Source of the DNA: Ignavibacteria bacterium
Lineage (GTDB): Bacteria; Elusimicrobiota; Endomicrobiia; PHAN01
Assembly: GCA_041694835.1 (NCBI GenBank)
Contig: JBGFRZ010000012.1
Span: forward strand, 1 to 48,876
Length of the DNA: 48,876 bases
Direction: 5' to 3'
Each line of letters opens with the position of its first letter. Within the stretch, counting starts at the first letter, position 1. Under the pieces are notes generated by a model. The model was not told where the DNA came from and made no database searches. It was given only the letters and a program-made list of their open reading frames with translations. A program made the position numbers and the translations under genes. This document shows, in pieces, positions 19,203 through 29,781 of the stretch.

Positions 19203-20237
19203 TCATTCGTTTTTGAGAGGACGGGTCATCAACGTTGTTATGGATTTTCTGGGCGGCTTGTTATTATACAAAATGTTGTACACCTCGGTGAGTATGGGAA
19301 GTTCGACTTTTAACTTCCCCCTGATTCTGTTTATCGCCTTTACGGCATATATGCCCTCTGCGACCATTGACACGCGTTTAAGAGCGGCGCTAAAATTTGC
19401 TCCCTTCCCTATCATCTCCCCCACCGCCCGGTTTCTGGAATGTCTCGAATAGCATGTTACAATCAGATCCCCCGCGCCAGCAAGACCGATAAAAGTTTCA
19501 ACACGTCCTCCCATCAAAACTCCAAGCCGTACCATTTCGTTTAGGGCTCTTGTCACAAGAGCCGCTTTTGTATTGTCACCGAGGCCGAGACCGTCGCATA
19601 TCCCGGCGGCTATGGCGTAGATGTTTTTGAGCGCGCCGGCCAATTCAACTCCCCTTAAGTCAGTGTTCGTGTAAACCCTAAAATTTTCAGTCGAGAATAT
19701 CTTCTGTATCCACTTCGTCAAAGATTCATCTTCGGAGGCTGCGGTAATCGCCGTCGGAATTTCTTTTGAAACCTCTTCGGCGTGCGATGGTCCCGACAGA
19801 ACGGCGGATTTTGCCTTGGGGAATTCGTCTTTCGCCACCTGCGAGAGCGTCTTTGCCGTGGAGATTTCAAAGCCCTTCGTCGCTATAACAAGTGATGGAT
19901 TTTCGACGGCGCCGGCCGCCTTTAATTTTTTCAATGTCTCTCTAAATGCGAAAGAGGGCACGGCAATTACTATCAAATCCGCGGGAATTATTTCCGTCAT
20001 ATCCGAGGTAACAAAAATTTTTTTGGGAATTTTTAACCACGGCAGAGTTTTTAATATCCTTTTTTCGCGTACGCTTTTTGCTACATCTTCGCAGTATTCC
20101 CAAAGCCTTATTTCATATCGCTTTTTCGAAAGAATCGTCGAAAGTGTCGTTCCCCATGTTCCGGCGCCAAGTAACCCCACCACCTGCCTCTTTGCCGACA
20201 GGCGAAACTTTGTTTTCGAGGCAGATGGTTGGGTCAT
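19203..20237 (-). CDS. gpsA: NAD(P)H-dependent glycerol-3-phosphate dehydrogenase
   Basis: GAGTWG, TKG, SGPSHA, GALKN, GDLIVTC, SRN. Confidence 0.95.
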   Translation of the reverse strand: MTQPSASKTKFRLSAKRQVVGLLGAGTWGTTLSTILSKKRYEIRLWEYCEDVAKSVREKRILKTLPWLKIPKKIFVTSDMTEIIPADLIVIAVPSFAFRETLKKLKAAGAVENPSLVIATKGFEISTAKTLSQVAKDEFPKAKSAVLSGPSHAEEVSKEIPTAITAASEDESLTKWIQKIFSTENFRVYTNTDLRGVELAGALKNIYAIAAGICDGLGLGDNTKAALVTRALNEMVRLGVLMGGRVETFIGLAGAGDLIVTCYSRHSRNRAVGEMIGKGANFSAALKRVSMVAEGIYAVKAINRIRGKLKVELPILTEVYNILYNNKPPRKSITTLMTRPLKNE

Positions 20238-20818
20238 ATTTTTGTCCTGGGCTCCTTTTGTTCAATAAGTCTTTTTATATTGGGTTTGTGCCTGTATATT
20301 ACAAGCACTACGGCAAGAAATGTCACGAAAATCACTATGGCGGGTTCGTTCAGAATCAAAACTCCGACGAAAAGCGTTATTGAAGCCGCTATGGAACTTA
20401 TGGATATTATCTTAGTAATCAAAAAGGAAATGAGAAAACCAGCAAGCCCCATCAGCACAGAAATTGGCGATATCGCAAGGAATACACCCGCCGAAGTGGC
20501 TATGCCTTTGCCGCCTTTGAATCCCATGAAAACGGTGTAGGTGTGGCCTATTATCGCGAAAAATCCCGTCAGGATAGCGTAGTTTATGCCTAAGTATTTT
20601 TTAATTACGAAAGCCGGAATCAGCCCTTTGAGCAAATCACAGACAAGCGTCAGAGCGCCTGCGAACTTGCCAACCGTTCTATAGACGTTTGTCGCTCCGG
20701 GGTTCCCCGAGCCGAGCGTTCTTATATCGACGTCTTTGCACATCTTAGTGATTATATAGGCGAAAGGCAGCGAGCCGGCGAGATATCCGAATAAAACAGA
20801 AATCGTGGTATCTATCAT
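20234..20818 (-). CDS. plsY: Glycerol-3-phosphate acyltransferase PlsY
   Basis: GSGNPGATN, DLLKG, GH, FKGGKGIAT, RHKPNI. Confidence 0.95.
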   Translation of the reverse strand: MIDTTISVLFGYLAGSLPFAYIITKMCKDVDIRTLGSGNPGATNVYRTVGKFAGALTLVCDLLKGLIPAFVIKKYLGINYAILTGFFAIIGHTYTVFMGFKGGKGIATSAGVFLAISPISVLMGLAGFLISFLITKIISISSIAASITLFVGVLILNEPAIVIFVTFLAVVLVIYRHKPNIKRLIEQKEPRTKI

Positions 20819-20819
20819 C

Positions 20820-22121
20820 TCATTTGCTCCTCTGAAAGTATAGTTTAAGCGGTGTCCCTCTGAGGGGGAAGTTCGCCCTTATCTCATTTATGAGATATCT
20901 TTCGTGTGAAAAATCGAGTATTTCCGGATTTGAAACTAAAATTTCAACCCCGGGCGGTCGCGTCAAAATTTTCTTTATACCTTTTAGCAGGAACTTTCTG
21001 CCCTTTTTAACGAGTGATTTTTCGCTAAACGCGCGATGAAGAACTTCCATCAGTTTTTTTTCATCAAGTGCATAGTTGTAAGCATAGCAAACTGAGCCGA
21101 GTTTTTCAAAAACAGAGTTCATTCTTAAACCAGATTTAGCGGAGATAGTAGTGAACTCCGCCCAATTTAAGAAATTGAATCTTCTAACGAACTGCTCCTT
21201 AAGCTCTTCAAATTTTTTCCCCTTTTCTTCGACCAAGTCCCACTTGTTCATCGCGACGAGACAGCCTATGCCCGATTCTTTTATCAAGCCGGCGAGCGAC
21301 TCGTCAGCTTTCGTTATTCCGAAAACAGCGTCTATAAGAAGTACAGCCGCATCCGCATATTTGACTGACTTGCTCATGCTTAAATAGGAGAGATAGTCAA
21401 GAAAGCTGTCGTATTTTCTTTTCCTCGTTATCCCCGGTGTATCTGTTATAAGATAGTTTCTTACGCCACATTTGAAGTTTACGTTTACGCTTTCCCTTGT
21501 GGTTCCGGGATTTTCGTCCACTATTGTTCTTTCCTGCGATATGAGCTTATTTAAAAGCGTGGATTTGCCGGCATTTGGTCTTCCGAGTATTATTATTTTC
21601 GTTTCTTCCGTCGCCGTCTTATGCTTTTTTTTGATTTTCTCAACGAGGGCATCGAGAAGAAAGTCTATGTTCCTTCCGCCAAGAGCGCTTACGCCGAAGA
21701 GCTTTTCAAAGCCGAATTTGAAAAACTCGGCCGAATGGCTTTCCCGCTTTTGCGAATCCACTTTGTTTACGGCGACTATAACGTTTTTCCCGAACTTTCT
21801 CAGATATTCGCCCAGCTCTTCGTCTGCGGGCGTAATCCCGCTTTTTGCATCGACAACGAAGATGATAACGGAGGATTTTTCGACAAGATAGCGGAGAATC
21901 TTGTTCATCTTGATGTGTATGTTGTCGGTCGCTTTCGGAAGCCATCCTCCCGTGTCTATCAGCGTAAAACGTTTGCCGTTCCATTCCGCGTCGGACTCTA
22001 TGTAGTCGATGGTAGTGCCCGGGGTTTCGTTCACAAGTGCTCTCCTATGAGAGATGAGCCTGTTGAAAAGAGTTGATTTACCAACGTTTGGTCTGCCGAC
22101 TATGGAGACTATATCAAGCAT
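20820..22121 (-). CDS. der: Ribosome biogenesis GTPase Der (EngA)
   Basis: Two tandem G domains (GRPNVGKS, GRPNAGKS, DTGG/DTPG, NKVD/NKWD) plus KH-like C-terminus. Confidence 0.92.
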   Translation of the reverse strand: MLDIVSIVGRPNVGKSTLFNRLISHRRALVNETPGTTIDYIESDAEWNGKRFTLIDTGGWLPKATDNIHIKMNKILRYLVEKSSVIIFVVDAKSGITPADEELGEYLRKFGKNVIVAVNKVDSQKRESHSAEFFKFGFEKLFGVSALGGRNIDFLLDALVEKIKKKHKTATEETKIIILGRPNAGKSTLLNKLISQERTIVDENPGTTRESVNVNFKCGVRNYLITDTPGITRKRKYDSFLDYLSYLSMSKSVKYADAAVLLIDAVFGITKADESLAGLIKESGIGCLVAMNKWDLVEEKGKKFEELKEQFVRRFNFLNWAEFTTISAKSGLRMNSVFEKLGSVCYAYNYALDEKKLMEVLHRAFSEKSLVKKGRKFLLKGIKKILTRPPGVEILVSNPEILDFSHERYLINEIRANFPLRGTPLKLYFQRSK

Positions 22122-22650
22122 ATTTACTGAGTTTTCTTGTTCCTGATACCGTATAATCTATGATCGACAAAGCGGTTGCGACCGTGGTTAAATACAGAAG
22201 AATTTTTTCGAAGTTCCATGACGGAGACCGGAGCGAAGCGGGATTTATCAGAATGAACAATATAAAAAACATCTGTAGTATAACGGCCGTCTTTCCCGTG
22301 AATCGCGGCGATATCTCCTTCCTGTTTGTTATCAGAAAAATCAAAGACCATCCTGCCACGACAAGAATATCCCTGCTCAAAACAAGGGCGAACATCCACT
22401 CCGGTATTATCTTCTGGTGGCTAAGTGTAAGAAACGTGAAAATCAAAAGAAGTCTGTCAGCCATAGGGTCGAGAAAAGCTCCGAGAGCCGTTTGCTGTTT
22501 TTTTATCCTCGCGAAAAAACCGTCGAGAAAATCGCTGAGCATTATTGGAATATACAAAAAAACTGTTATCGGCCACTGTTGAAGAAGGGCTATTATGAAA
22601 ACGGGTGTGATGATGATTCTTGATATCGTGATTTTGTTTGCCAGTGTCAT
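22114..22650 (-). CDS. pgsA: CDP-alcohol phosphatidyltransferase (PgsA-like)
   Basis: ANKITISR, DFLDGFFAR...GAFLDPMAD. Confidence 0.78.
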   Translation of the reverse strand: MTLANKITISRIIITPVFIIALLQQWPITVFLYIPIMLSDFLDGFFARIKKQQTALGAFLDPMADRLLLIFTFLTLSHQKIIPEWMFALVLSRDILVVAGWSLIFLITNRKEISPRFTGKTAVILQMFFILFILINPASLRSPSWNFEKILLYLTTVATALSIIDYTVSGTRKLSKYA

Positions 22651-22684
22651 GGTTTATACGAGATTGGCGATATAGCCGCTGAAC

Positions 22685-23911
22685 CTATCCACCGCTCACT
22701 ATCGATTTTATTTTCTTAACATTTGACGGCGGCGCCTTGAAATGTAAAATAACGCCGTCGTTTTTGTACTCGGTTTTTAACATTATACTCAAATTGTAAA
22801 TTTCGGTCAAGCGGTTCGATAAACTGTAAGGCAGAAACGCTCTCGACTTTTTTAATTTCGGCTCGACTATATTTTCCACGGCATCAAGAAGACTTTCGAT
22901 TCCGGCGCCGGTTTTCGCCGAAACAAGTATTTTATGTTTTGAATCGCCCATTGCCGCGACGACATCCACCTTGTTATACACCTCAATCACAGGAGGTCCG
23001 TTCTTGAATCTTTCCATTGTGTTTCTGACTGTTTCGCGCTGTGTTCTATAGTTTTCAGACGAATAATCTATAAGATGTATAATGCAGGAGGAATCTTTTA
23101 TTTCCTCAAGCGTGGATTTAAAAGCGTCTATCAGTTCGTGCGGCAGGTTTTGTATAAAACCCACCGTGTCCGTAAAAATCACTTTTCTTCCCGATGGAAG
23201 TTTCACTGCCCTTGAAGTCGGATCGAGTGTTGCGAAAAGTTTGTCGTCGGCGCATATGTCGCATTTTTTCGTGAGGCAATTCAGGAGCGTGGATTTTCCA
23301 ACGTTCGTATAACCCACTATCGATATGACGGGCATCCCCGTTTTTCTTCTCCTTGTCTTCTGTATCGTTCTGTGCGAGCGAATTTGAGATATCTCCTCCT
23401 TCAGTCTCGCTATCTGCTCCCTTATCCTTCGGGCATCCACCTCGAGTTTCTTCTCGCCGGGACCCCTTGTGCCTATACCGCCGGTTTGCTGCTCAAAAGT
23501 TCCGAACCTCTCTGTTATTCGCGGGAGGAAGTAATTCAGCTGGGCGAGTTCGACTTGAAGTTTTCCTTCGGCCGAGCGGGCGCGTTTCGCAAATATGTCA
23601 AGTATAAGACGATTCCTGTCAATAATTTTGAGCCCTGTGAGTTCTTCGAGTTTTCTCTGCTGTGCGGGCTTGAGAGCGTTGTCGAAAATTATGGCGGAAG
23701 CCCCTATATCACTTGCTTTGCGTTTTAACTCCGCGGCTTTTGGTTTGCTCGTCAAATAGGCGGGGTCGAACTTTTTCTTGTACTGAGTTTCGGATGCAAG
23801 AACCAAGCCCCCGGCGGTTTCGCTTAATCTTTTAAGCTCTTCCATGGAGTTTCGAAAATCAGAGATATTGACCCCGTGGTGCCTTATGCCGAAAAGTATG
23901 ACTTTTTCCAT
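22685..23911 (-). CDS. hflX: GTPase HflX
   Basis: LILDIFA, GPGEKKLE, GYTNVGKS, LFATLD, DTVGFI. Confidence 0.95.
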   Translation of the reverse strand: MEKVILFGIRHHGVNISDFRNSMEELKRLSETAGGLVLASETQYKKKFDPAYLTSKPKAAELKRKASDIGASAIIFDNALKPAQQRKLEELTGLKIIDRNRLILDIFAKRARSAEGKLQVELAQLNYFLPRITERFGTFEQQTGGIGTRGPGEKKLEVDARRIREQIARLKEEISQIRSHRTIQKTRRRKTGMPVISIVGYTNVGKSTLLNCLTKKCDICADDKLFATLDPTSRAVKLPSGRKVIFTDTVGFIQNLPHELIDAFKSTLEEIKDSSCIIHLIDYSSENYRTQRETVRNTMERFKNGPPVIEVYNKVDVVAAMGDSKHKILVSAKTGAGIESLLDAVENIVEPKLKKSRAFLPYSLSNRLTEIYNLSIMLKTEYKNDGVILHFKAPPSNVKKIKSIVSGG

Positions 23912-23916
23912 GCTTC

Positions 23917-24834
23917 TTATTTGCGCGTTATTAACATTAGAACAATTTCCGTCGCAGCATTTTCGACAGATTTATCCGATATGTCAATCCATATTATGTT
24001 TGGAGGATATTTCTTAAACCAAGTCATCTGTCTTTTTATGTATTTTCTTGTATCCGAAAAAATACCTTCGACAAGATCTGCCCTTGAGATTTTACTTCCG
24101 AGATAATCGAAGACGCGACTGTAGCCTATGGAGCCAAAACCCGGTGATGTCCTTGGATATCCCATATCGAGAACCGACTTTGTTTCTTCGATGATTCCGT
24201 TTTCAACCATCCATGCACTTCTTGCTTTTATCCTTTCAATAAGCAAATCCTTTTTCATACCAATACCAACGCAAAAAAAATTTCTTCCGAAAAATTTTTG
24301 TGATAATTCCCGTTTTTGCTCCGCGTGCCACCGTGACATAGGAACGCCGGTTTTATAATAGACTTCAAGCGCTCTTATCAAACGATGAGTATTCCCCTTG
24401 TTTTTTTCGGCCAATAAGGGGTCTGCTTCCAGGAGTTTTTTGTAAAGGGTTTCGCTCTCGAGCGTGGCGAGTTTTTTTCTCAAATCCCAATCAGCCGTCG
24501 GAAGCGACGCCATGCCCCCGTCAATCAGAGTTTTTATGTAAAGCCCTGTACCGCCGGCAACGACCGGTATTTTTTTATTTCTTCTGATTTCTTTTATTTT
24601 TTCAACCGCTAGCTCGAAAAAATCACCTGAAGAAAATCTTTCGTCGGGATTTATTATATTAATGAGATGCTGTTTTGATTCGGTTTGAATCTTGTTTGTT
24701 CCGACATCAAGATACCTGTAAACCTGACGGGAGTCCGCCGATATAATCTCGCCGTTTATTTTTCGGCACAGAATATCGGCAACTTGCGTCTTGCCAGAGC
24801 CCGTGGGTCCCAGAATTATCGGTATGTTGTTCAT
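23917..24834 (-). CDS. miaA: tRNA dimethylallyltransferase
   Basis: GPTGSGKT, SADSRQVY, GGTGLY, RALEV, KRQMTWF. Confidence 0.95.
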   Translation of the reverse strand: MNNIPIILGPTGSGKTQVADILCRKINGEIISADSRQVYRYLDVGTNKIQTESKQHLINIINPDERFSSGDFFELAVEKIKEIRRNKKIPVVAGGTGLYIKTLIDGGMASLPTADWDLRKKLATLESETLYKKLLEADPLLAEKNKGNTHRLIRALEVYYKTGVPMSRWHAEQKRELSQKFFGRNFFCVGIGMKKDLLIERIKARSAWMVENGIIEETKSVLDMGYPRTSPGFGSIGYSRVFDYLGSKISRADLVEGIFSDTRKYIKRQMTWFKKYPPNIIWIDISDKSVENAATEIVLMLITRK

Positions 24835-24956
24835 TCAAAAATAGATGGGCCCACGAGAAATACTCACAACTGAAAAACTTAAAGATATGTGCGAATTATC
24901 CATATTGTCGGGCGTCGAATGGCATCAGCGTTTATCAGCGTCCTAGCGCCAAAAAA

Positions 24957-25028
24957 TGCGCCTGCCGGGAGTCGAACCCGGAATTAAAGCTCCGGAGGCT
25001 TTCGTGATATCCATTTCACCACAGACGC
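24957..25028 (-). tRNA. tRNA-Arg(CCG)
   Basis: Cloverleaf GCGTCTG.../CAGGCGC-A; anticodon arm AAAGC-CTCCGGA-GCTTT; TTCGA loop. Confidence 0.93.
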
Positions 25029-25107
25029 AGTCACAATTTATTGCGGCGGGATATTAAAGCGAAAACACTTATGCCGCGATTTATTTCGTTTTATTCTACG
25101 CCCTCGT

Positions 25108-26784
25108 TTATCTTTTGAATTTCCTTGAGAGCTCATCTTTAGTTATCCTTATTATCGTCGGTCTTCCATGCGGACATGTCTGATAGTTCGGCGTGGAAAA
25201 AAGTTCATCAAGCAGTTTTTGGGCTTCTATGAAGTTTAGTTTTTCTTTTCCCCTTACAGCGGCGCGGCACGCCATTTTTATAAGTTCATCAGCGTTGGCG
25301 TCGCCATCTTTTTTTATAACCGATATCAGCTCTAATAGTATTTCGCGGGTGGAAGAGTTGTAAAAAATGGTCGGTACGCCTTCGCATCTTATCGTATTTT
25401 CTCCAAAAAATTCCACTCGCCAGCCAAGGGATTTCAACAAATCCGATTTCTCGCACAATGAGTGAGCTTTGTCCTCTCTCATATCGATCAAAATGGAGTC
25501 CGTCAGAAGTTGCGTTGGTACACCGGTGCCGGTCTTTTCGGCTTGGGTTTTGTATTTTTCATACAAGACCCTTTCTTCGGCGGCATGAGTGTCTATGAGA
25601 TAAAGATTTTCCCGATCTTTAGCGATGATGCAGAAATCGAAAGCCTCTGAGACGTATTTCACCCCCGACATCGACAATTTTTCTTCGAGAACCATGCCGC
25701 CTTGTGTTCCTCTCATATCGTAGTACTCCGACAAAGTCTCTTTCAAACTCTTTTCCTCGCGTTCCGCTTCTTTGCGGTAGTATCTTTCAGGCGATTGAGC
25801 GGCAAGAGATTCTCTGACAGATTTTACCGTAAGATCGAAAACAAAATTTTCGTCGGAAAATTTGACCTCTTTTTTCGTGGGATGAACGTTGACATCGACC
25901 ATAGAAGGAGGGGTCTCTATGAAAAGAACGAAGGCGGGGTGGCGACCTGAGGCCAGAAATCCTCTCGAGGCTTCGTAGAACGAATGCGTTATCTTTCTGG
26001 TTTCGACGTTTCTCTTATTTACATATATATACTGGAAATCGCGCGTAGTCGCAAAGCCGTTTAGTCCGGAAATATATCCGGATACTTCAATGTTTTCATT
26101 TCGCCCGATAAAACTGATCATCGCCGAAAACATATCCTTCTTAAAGACATCTCTGATTCTTTCCCCCATATCAGATGGCATGAGGTTCATAATCTCCTTG
26201 CCGTCCATTCTTAAAATAAACCACACTCGTGGATTCGCTATCGCTATACTCTGGACTGTTTTTATTATGGCTTTCTTTTCAGACGCTGCCGATTTAAGGA
26301 ATTTGAGCCTTGCGGGGGTGTTATAAAAAAGGTTTTTTATCTCGACGATACTGCCTTTTTCGACAGGTGATGGAACCGCAGACGAAAGCTTTCCAAAATT
26401 CGACTCGACTGTCCAACCGCTCTCGCCTTCGACAGCTGAAGATATTTTGAGCGCGGAAACGGCGCAGAGCGATGAGAGGGCTTCACCTCGAAAACCCATC
26501 GTCTTGATGTCAAATATATCCTCATATCTGAAGATTTTGCTTGTCGTGTGTCTCAGAAAAACTTTGGGCAGATCGTCAGCGGCGATGCCTGATCCGTCGT
26601 CGCAAACTCTTATGAGTTTCTTACCGGTTTCCTCTATCTCTATGGTTATTTTGCCTGCGCTGGCATCAAGTGAATTTTCGAGCAATTCTTTTACCGCCGA
26701 GGATGGTCTTTCTATCGCTTCACCTGCGGAAATTTTTTCGATTGTGTCTTCGGGGAGGAGCCTTACGGGGCTATACTTTTGCAT
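25108..26784 (-). CDS. mutL: DNA mismatch repair endonuclease MutL
   Basis: KELLENSLDA, GFRGEAL, DVNVHPTK, DTHAAEERVLYE, CPHGRP. Confidence 0.95.
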   Translation of the reverse strand: MQKYSPVRLLPEDTIEKISAGEAIERPSSAVKELLENSLDASAGKITIEIEETGKKLIRVCDDGSGIAADDLPKVFLRHTTSKIFRYEDIFDIKTMGFRGEALSSLCAVSALKISSAVEGESGWTVESNFGKLSSAVPSPVEKGSIVEIKNLFYNTPARLKFLKSAASEKKAIIKTVQSIAIANPRVWFILRMDGKEIMNLMPSDMGERIRDVFKKDMFSAMISFIGRNENIEVSGYISGLNGFATTRDFQYIYVNKRNVETRKITHSFYEASRGFLASGRHPAFVLFIETPPSMVDVNVHPTKKEVKFSDENFVFDLTVKSVRESLAAQSPERYYRKEAEREEKSLKETLSEYYDMRGTQGGMVLEEKLSMSGVKYVSEAFDFCIIAKDRENLYLIDTHAAEERVLYEKYKTQAEKTGTGVPTQLLTDSILIDMREDKAHSLCEKSDLLKSLGWRVEFFGENTIRCEGVPTIFYNSSTREILLELISVIKKDGDANADELIKMACRAAVRGKEKLNFIEAQKLLDELFSTPNYQTCPHGRPTIIRITKDELSRKFKR

Positions 26785-27199
26785 CTTTGTTACAAACGGT
26801 GTAATAATGGCATTTCTTGAAACAGACGTCGGAAAGTCCCAGTAGAAGCTTGGTTTCGCAGTCCGAGTAGTCCTGAGCTATTTTGTTAAGATGTTCCCTG
26901 TCTTTGTTCGAGATTTTCAAAAATCTTATTCCGACCTTGTTTATATCCGGTTTGTTTTCAACCCTCACGACGATGCATTCGATAGAATCTATGTTAATGG
27001 AAGGGAGTTGTATGGACATTTTGAACTCTGTTCCTATCTTTAAATCTGCCGATGTAAGAAGCGCAATGCCGCCGGATGAAATGTCAATTATCACCGCCTC
27101 GTCGTGTCTGAAGCTGTTTTGCGTCTTTATATCCAGAGTAACAATCCTTCCGACATCGTGTGCCAACGGAAATCTTATGTGCCGGCGCCTCTCCTTCAT
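26771..27199 (-). CDS. PilZ-domain protein
   Basis: RRHIR (RxxxR) and DISSGG (DxSxxG) motifs. Confidence 0.8.
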   Translation of the reverse strand: MKERRRHIRFPLAHDVGRIVTLDIKTQNSFRHDEAVIIDISSGGIALLTSADLKIGTEFKMSIQLPSINIDSIECIVVRVENKPDINKVGIRFLKISNKDREHLNKIAQDYSDCETKLLLGLSDVCFKKCHYYTVCNKDAKV

Positions 27200-27201
27200 G
27201 A

Positions 27202-29781
27202 TTACCGCTCCTCCGTTTTCGTTTTTCCCATCATATCCGCAAGTATTTTATGCGCTTCAAGTGGTGTGATTTTGTTTATGTCCATCTTTTTAAGTTTATC
27301 AAAAATAATGAAATCTTCAAAATCCATCTGCTCCCGCGGAAGCTCTCTTTTTGCAAGATTGTTCGACTGGTTTCTGAGTTCGGACAGAATCTGCTTGCTT
27401 CTTGAAACGATTCCATCCGGGATACCGGCAATCTTGGCTACGTGAATACCGTAGGATTTATCGGCGGCGCCAGGAAGTATTTTGTGAAGGAAAACAATTT
27501 CGTTTTTCCACTCGCTGACCTTGACATTGAAATTTTTTACCCTCGGAAGATTCTGCGCCAGATCAGTGAGTTCGAAATAGTGCGTTGCAAATAAGACTTT
27601 AGGTCTATGTGATTCTGAGCCTGCCTCATGAAGATACTCTATTGTTGCCTGCGCTATCGATATGCCGTCGAAAGTTGATGTCCCTCGGCCTATCTCATCC
27701 AGTATGAGTAGGCTTCTTGGCGAAAGGTTTCTAAGTATGTTCGCCGCCTCCGTCATCTCCACCATGAATGTCGACTCACCGCCAGCAAGGTTGTCGGAAG
27801 AGCCTATTCTCGTGAAGATTTTATCAACGACCCCTATCTTCGCCGATGATGCCGGGATAAAACATCCGCTTTGCGCAAGTATCACCAAAATAGCCACCTG
27901 TCTAAGATATGTTGATTTGCCGGCCATGTTAGGACCGGTGATAATTAGAATCTGATTTTCTGAAGAATCGAGATTTATATCGTTTGGCACAAACTCTCCG
28001 GAGTTCAACTTTCTTTCAACGACAGGATGCCTGCTTCCCTTTATATCTATGGCTTCATCGGAGTTTACTTCCGGCTTTATCCACCCGTTTTTTTTTGAAA
28101 CAAAAGCAAAATTTGAAATAACGTCTATCGTAGCGATAGCATGAGCTATAGTCAGTATTTTCTCCCGATGATTTAGTATCTTCGTCCTTATTTCGGAAAG
28201 AAGCTCTTTTTCCAAAGATTCTATTTTCTGGGATGCATAATAAATTTTTTTCTCCATTTCACTCAAGCCCGACACAACGAATCTCTCTGCATTGGCGAGG
28301 GTTTGCTTCCTTACATAATCCTGCGGTACAAGATGGAGGTTTGATTTTGTGATTTCGATGTAGTAACCAAAAACCGAAGTATAACCTATTTTAAGCGAAT
28401 TTATTTTTGTCCTTTCTTTTTCTTTTTTTTCAAGTTCAACTATTAGACCGCGCGAATCTTCAGAAATTTTTCTGTATTCGTCAAGCGTCGAATTATATCC
28501 CGTTTTGATATAGCCCGAACCGATACTTTCTGGATCTATGCTGTTTTCTATGAGTTCCACAACTTCTTGAAGCCCGTCAATAGAATTGACAGCATCTTCG
28601 ACAACAAAAGGCAGGGTTATCGCTTTTTCCGCAATAATCTCGTTTTTAATTTCGCTCGAAGTTTTTATGGATTTTCCGAGATGCCAGATTTCGCGCGAAG
28701 ATGCCGACTGTGTCGCGAGACGCGTCACTATTCTCTCCATATCGCCTATTTTTTTTAGTGCGTTTCTCAAATTCTCTCTCAAAATCGCATCTTCAAAAAA
28801 ATATTCTACAGCGCGGTGCCGCTTGGAAATCTCGGATATATCCGTCAGCGGCTCTAAAATCCACGACTTGAGCAATCTGGAGCCCGCCGGTGTAATACAA
28901 CAGTCAAGCATCTCTACGATTGTATTCTCCATTCCTCCCGTCATAATGTTCGATGTAATTTCCAAAGTCCTCAACGCCGTAGAATCAAGATGTACGGATT
29001 TCTTCTGATGTTTGAACCTAAGACGACTTAAAAGAGCGGAGACGTCCGGGAATTGTATGTGTTTGAGATAAGAAAGCATTCCGCCGAGGGATTTTTGCGC
29101 AAATGTCTTACCATCGGCGCCAAACGGTTTCCATGAATTTACTCCCGAGAATCTTTTTATCTCGGAAAGCGCAATACTCTCGTCGAATTGCCAATCGGGG
29201 ACATATGAAATCGCTGTGGCGAAGATAACGGCGATGTTTTTTGAATCTTTATTTTTGAATGCTTCAGGAAGGATAATCTCTTTCGGTTTTATTTTTGATA
29301 ATTCGGAGTTTATTTTTTCGGACTCCGTTTCCGAAATAAAGATTTCACCCGTAGAGATATCGGCTGCACAAAAACCCGATTGCTCGCCGTCACCAACAAA
29401 AATTGAAACGATAAAGTTGTTGCTCCCCGATTCGACAAAGTTTTCCTCCCATACGGTTCCGGGTGTTATCAGCCTTACGACATCCCTGTCAATGAGATTC
29501 TTTTCAGATTTCGATTCCTGTTGTTCGCACACGGCTATCTTTCGACCTTTTGAAAGCAACGTTTTTATATAGTTGATTGCCGAGTGATGAGGTACACCAC
29601 ACATCGGAATATTTTGTCTCTGAGTCAGAACCACGCCCAAGAGAGGCGCCGAGATGATTGCATCGTCGCCGAACATCTCGTAGAAATCGCCTAATCGAAA
29701 GAATATAATATAATCCGGATATCTCGCCTTTATCTTATTGTATTGTTCCATCAGCGGGGTTGTCGGCTTCTGGGTTTTCAT
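27202..29781 (-). CDS. mutS: DNA mismatch repair protein MutS
   Basis: TPLMEQY, GDFYEMF, GPNMAGKS, STFMVEM, DEIGRGTS, SYGIHVA; ATG at 29781 overlaps the slt stop. Confidence 0.96.
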   Translation of the reverse strand: MKTQKPTTPLMEQYNKIKARYPDYIIFFRLGDFYEMFGDDAIISAPLLGVVLTQRQNIPMCGVPHHSAINYIKTLLSKGRKIAVCEQQESKSEKNLIDRDVVRLITPGTVWEENFVESGSNNFIVSIFVGDGEQSGFCAADISTGEIFISETESEKINSELSKIKPKEIILPEAFKNKDSKNIAVIFATAISYVPDWQFDESIALSEIKRFSGVNSWKPFGADGKTFAQKSLGGMLSYLKHIQFPDVSALLSRLRFKHQKKSVHLDSTALRTLEITSNIMTGGMENTIVEMLDCCITPAGSRLLKSWILEPLTDISEISKRHRAVEYFFEDAILRENLRNALKKIGDMERIVTRLATQSASSREIWHLGKSIKTSSEIKNEIIAEKAITLPFVVEDAVNSIDGLQEVVELIENSIDPESIGSGYIKTGYNSTLDEYRKISEDSRGLIVELEKKEKERTKINSLKIGYTSVFGYYIEITKSNLHLVPQDYVRKQTLANAERFVVSGLSEMEKKIYYASQKIESLEKELLSEIRTKILNHREKILTIAHAIATIDVISNFAFVSKKNGWIKPEVNSDEAIDIKGSRHPVVERKLNSGEFVPNDINLDSSENQILIITGPNMAGKSTYLRQVAILVILAQSGCFIPASSAKIGVVDKIFTRIGSSDNLAGGESTFMVEMTEAANILRNLSPRSLLILDEIGRGTSTFDGISIAQATIEYLHEAGSESHRPKVLFATHYFELTDLAQNLPRVKNFNVKVSEWKNEIVFLHKILPGAADKSYGIHVAKIAGIPDGIVSRSKQILSELRNQSNNLAKRELPREQMDFEDFIIFDKLKKMDINKITPLEAHKILADMMGKTKTEER

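Noticed and set aside
22210-22245. Possible REP-derived insert in pgsA (NPASLRSPSW) and the KFFGRNFF hairpin in miaA (24272-24300)
   Set aside because: The stems are too short or AT-rich to distinguish from chance without orthologue alignments.
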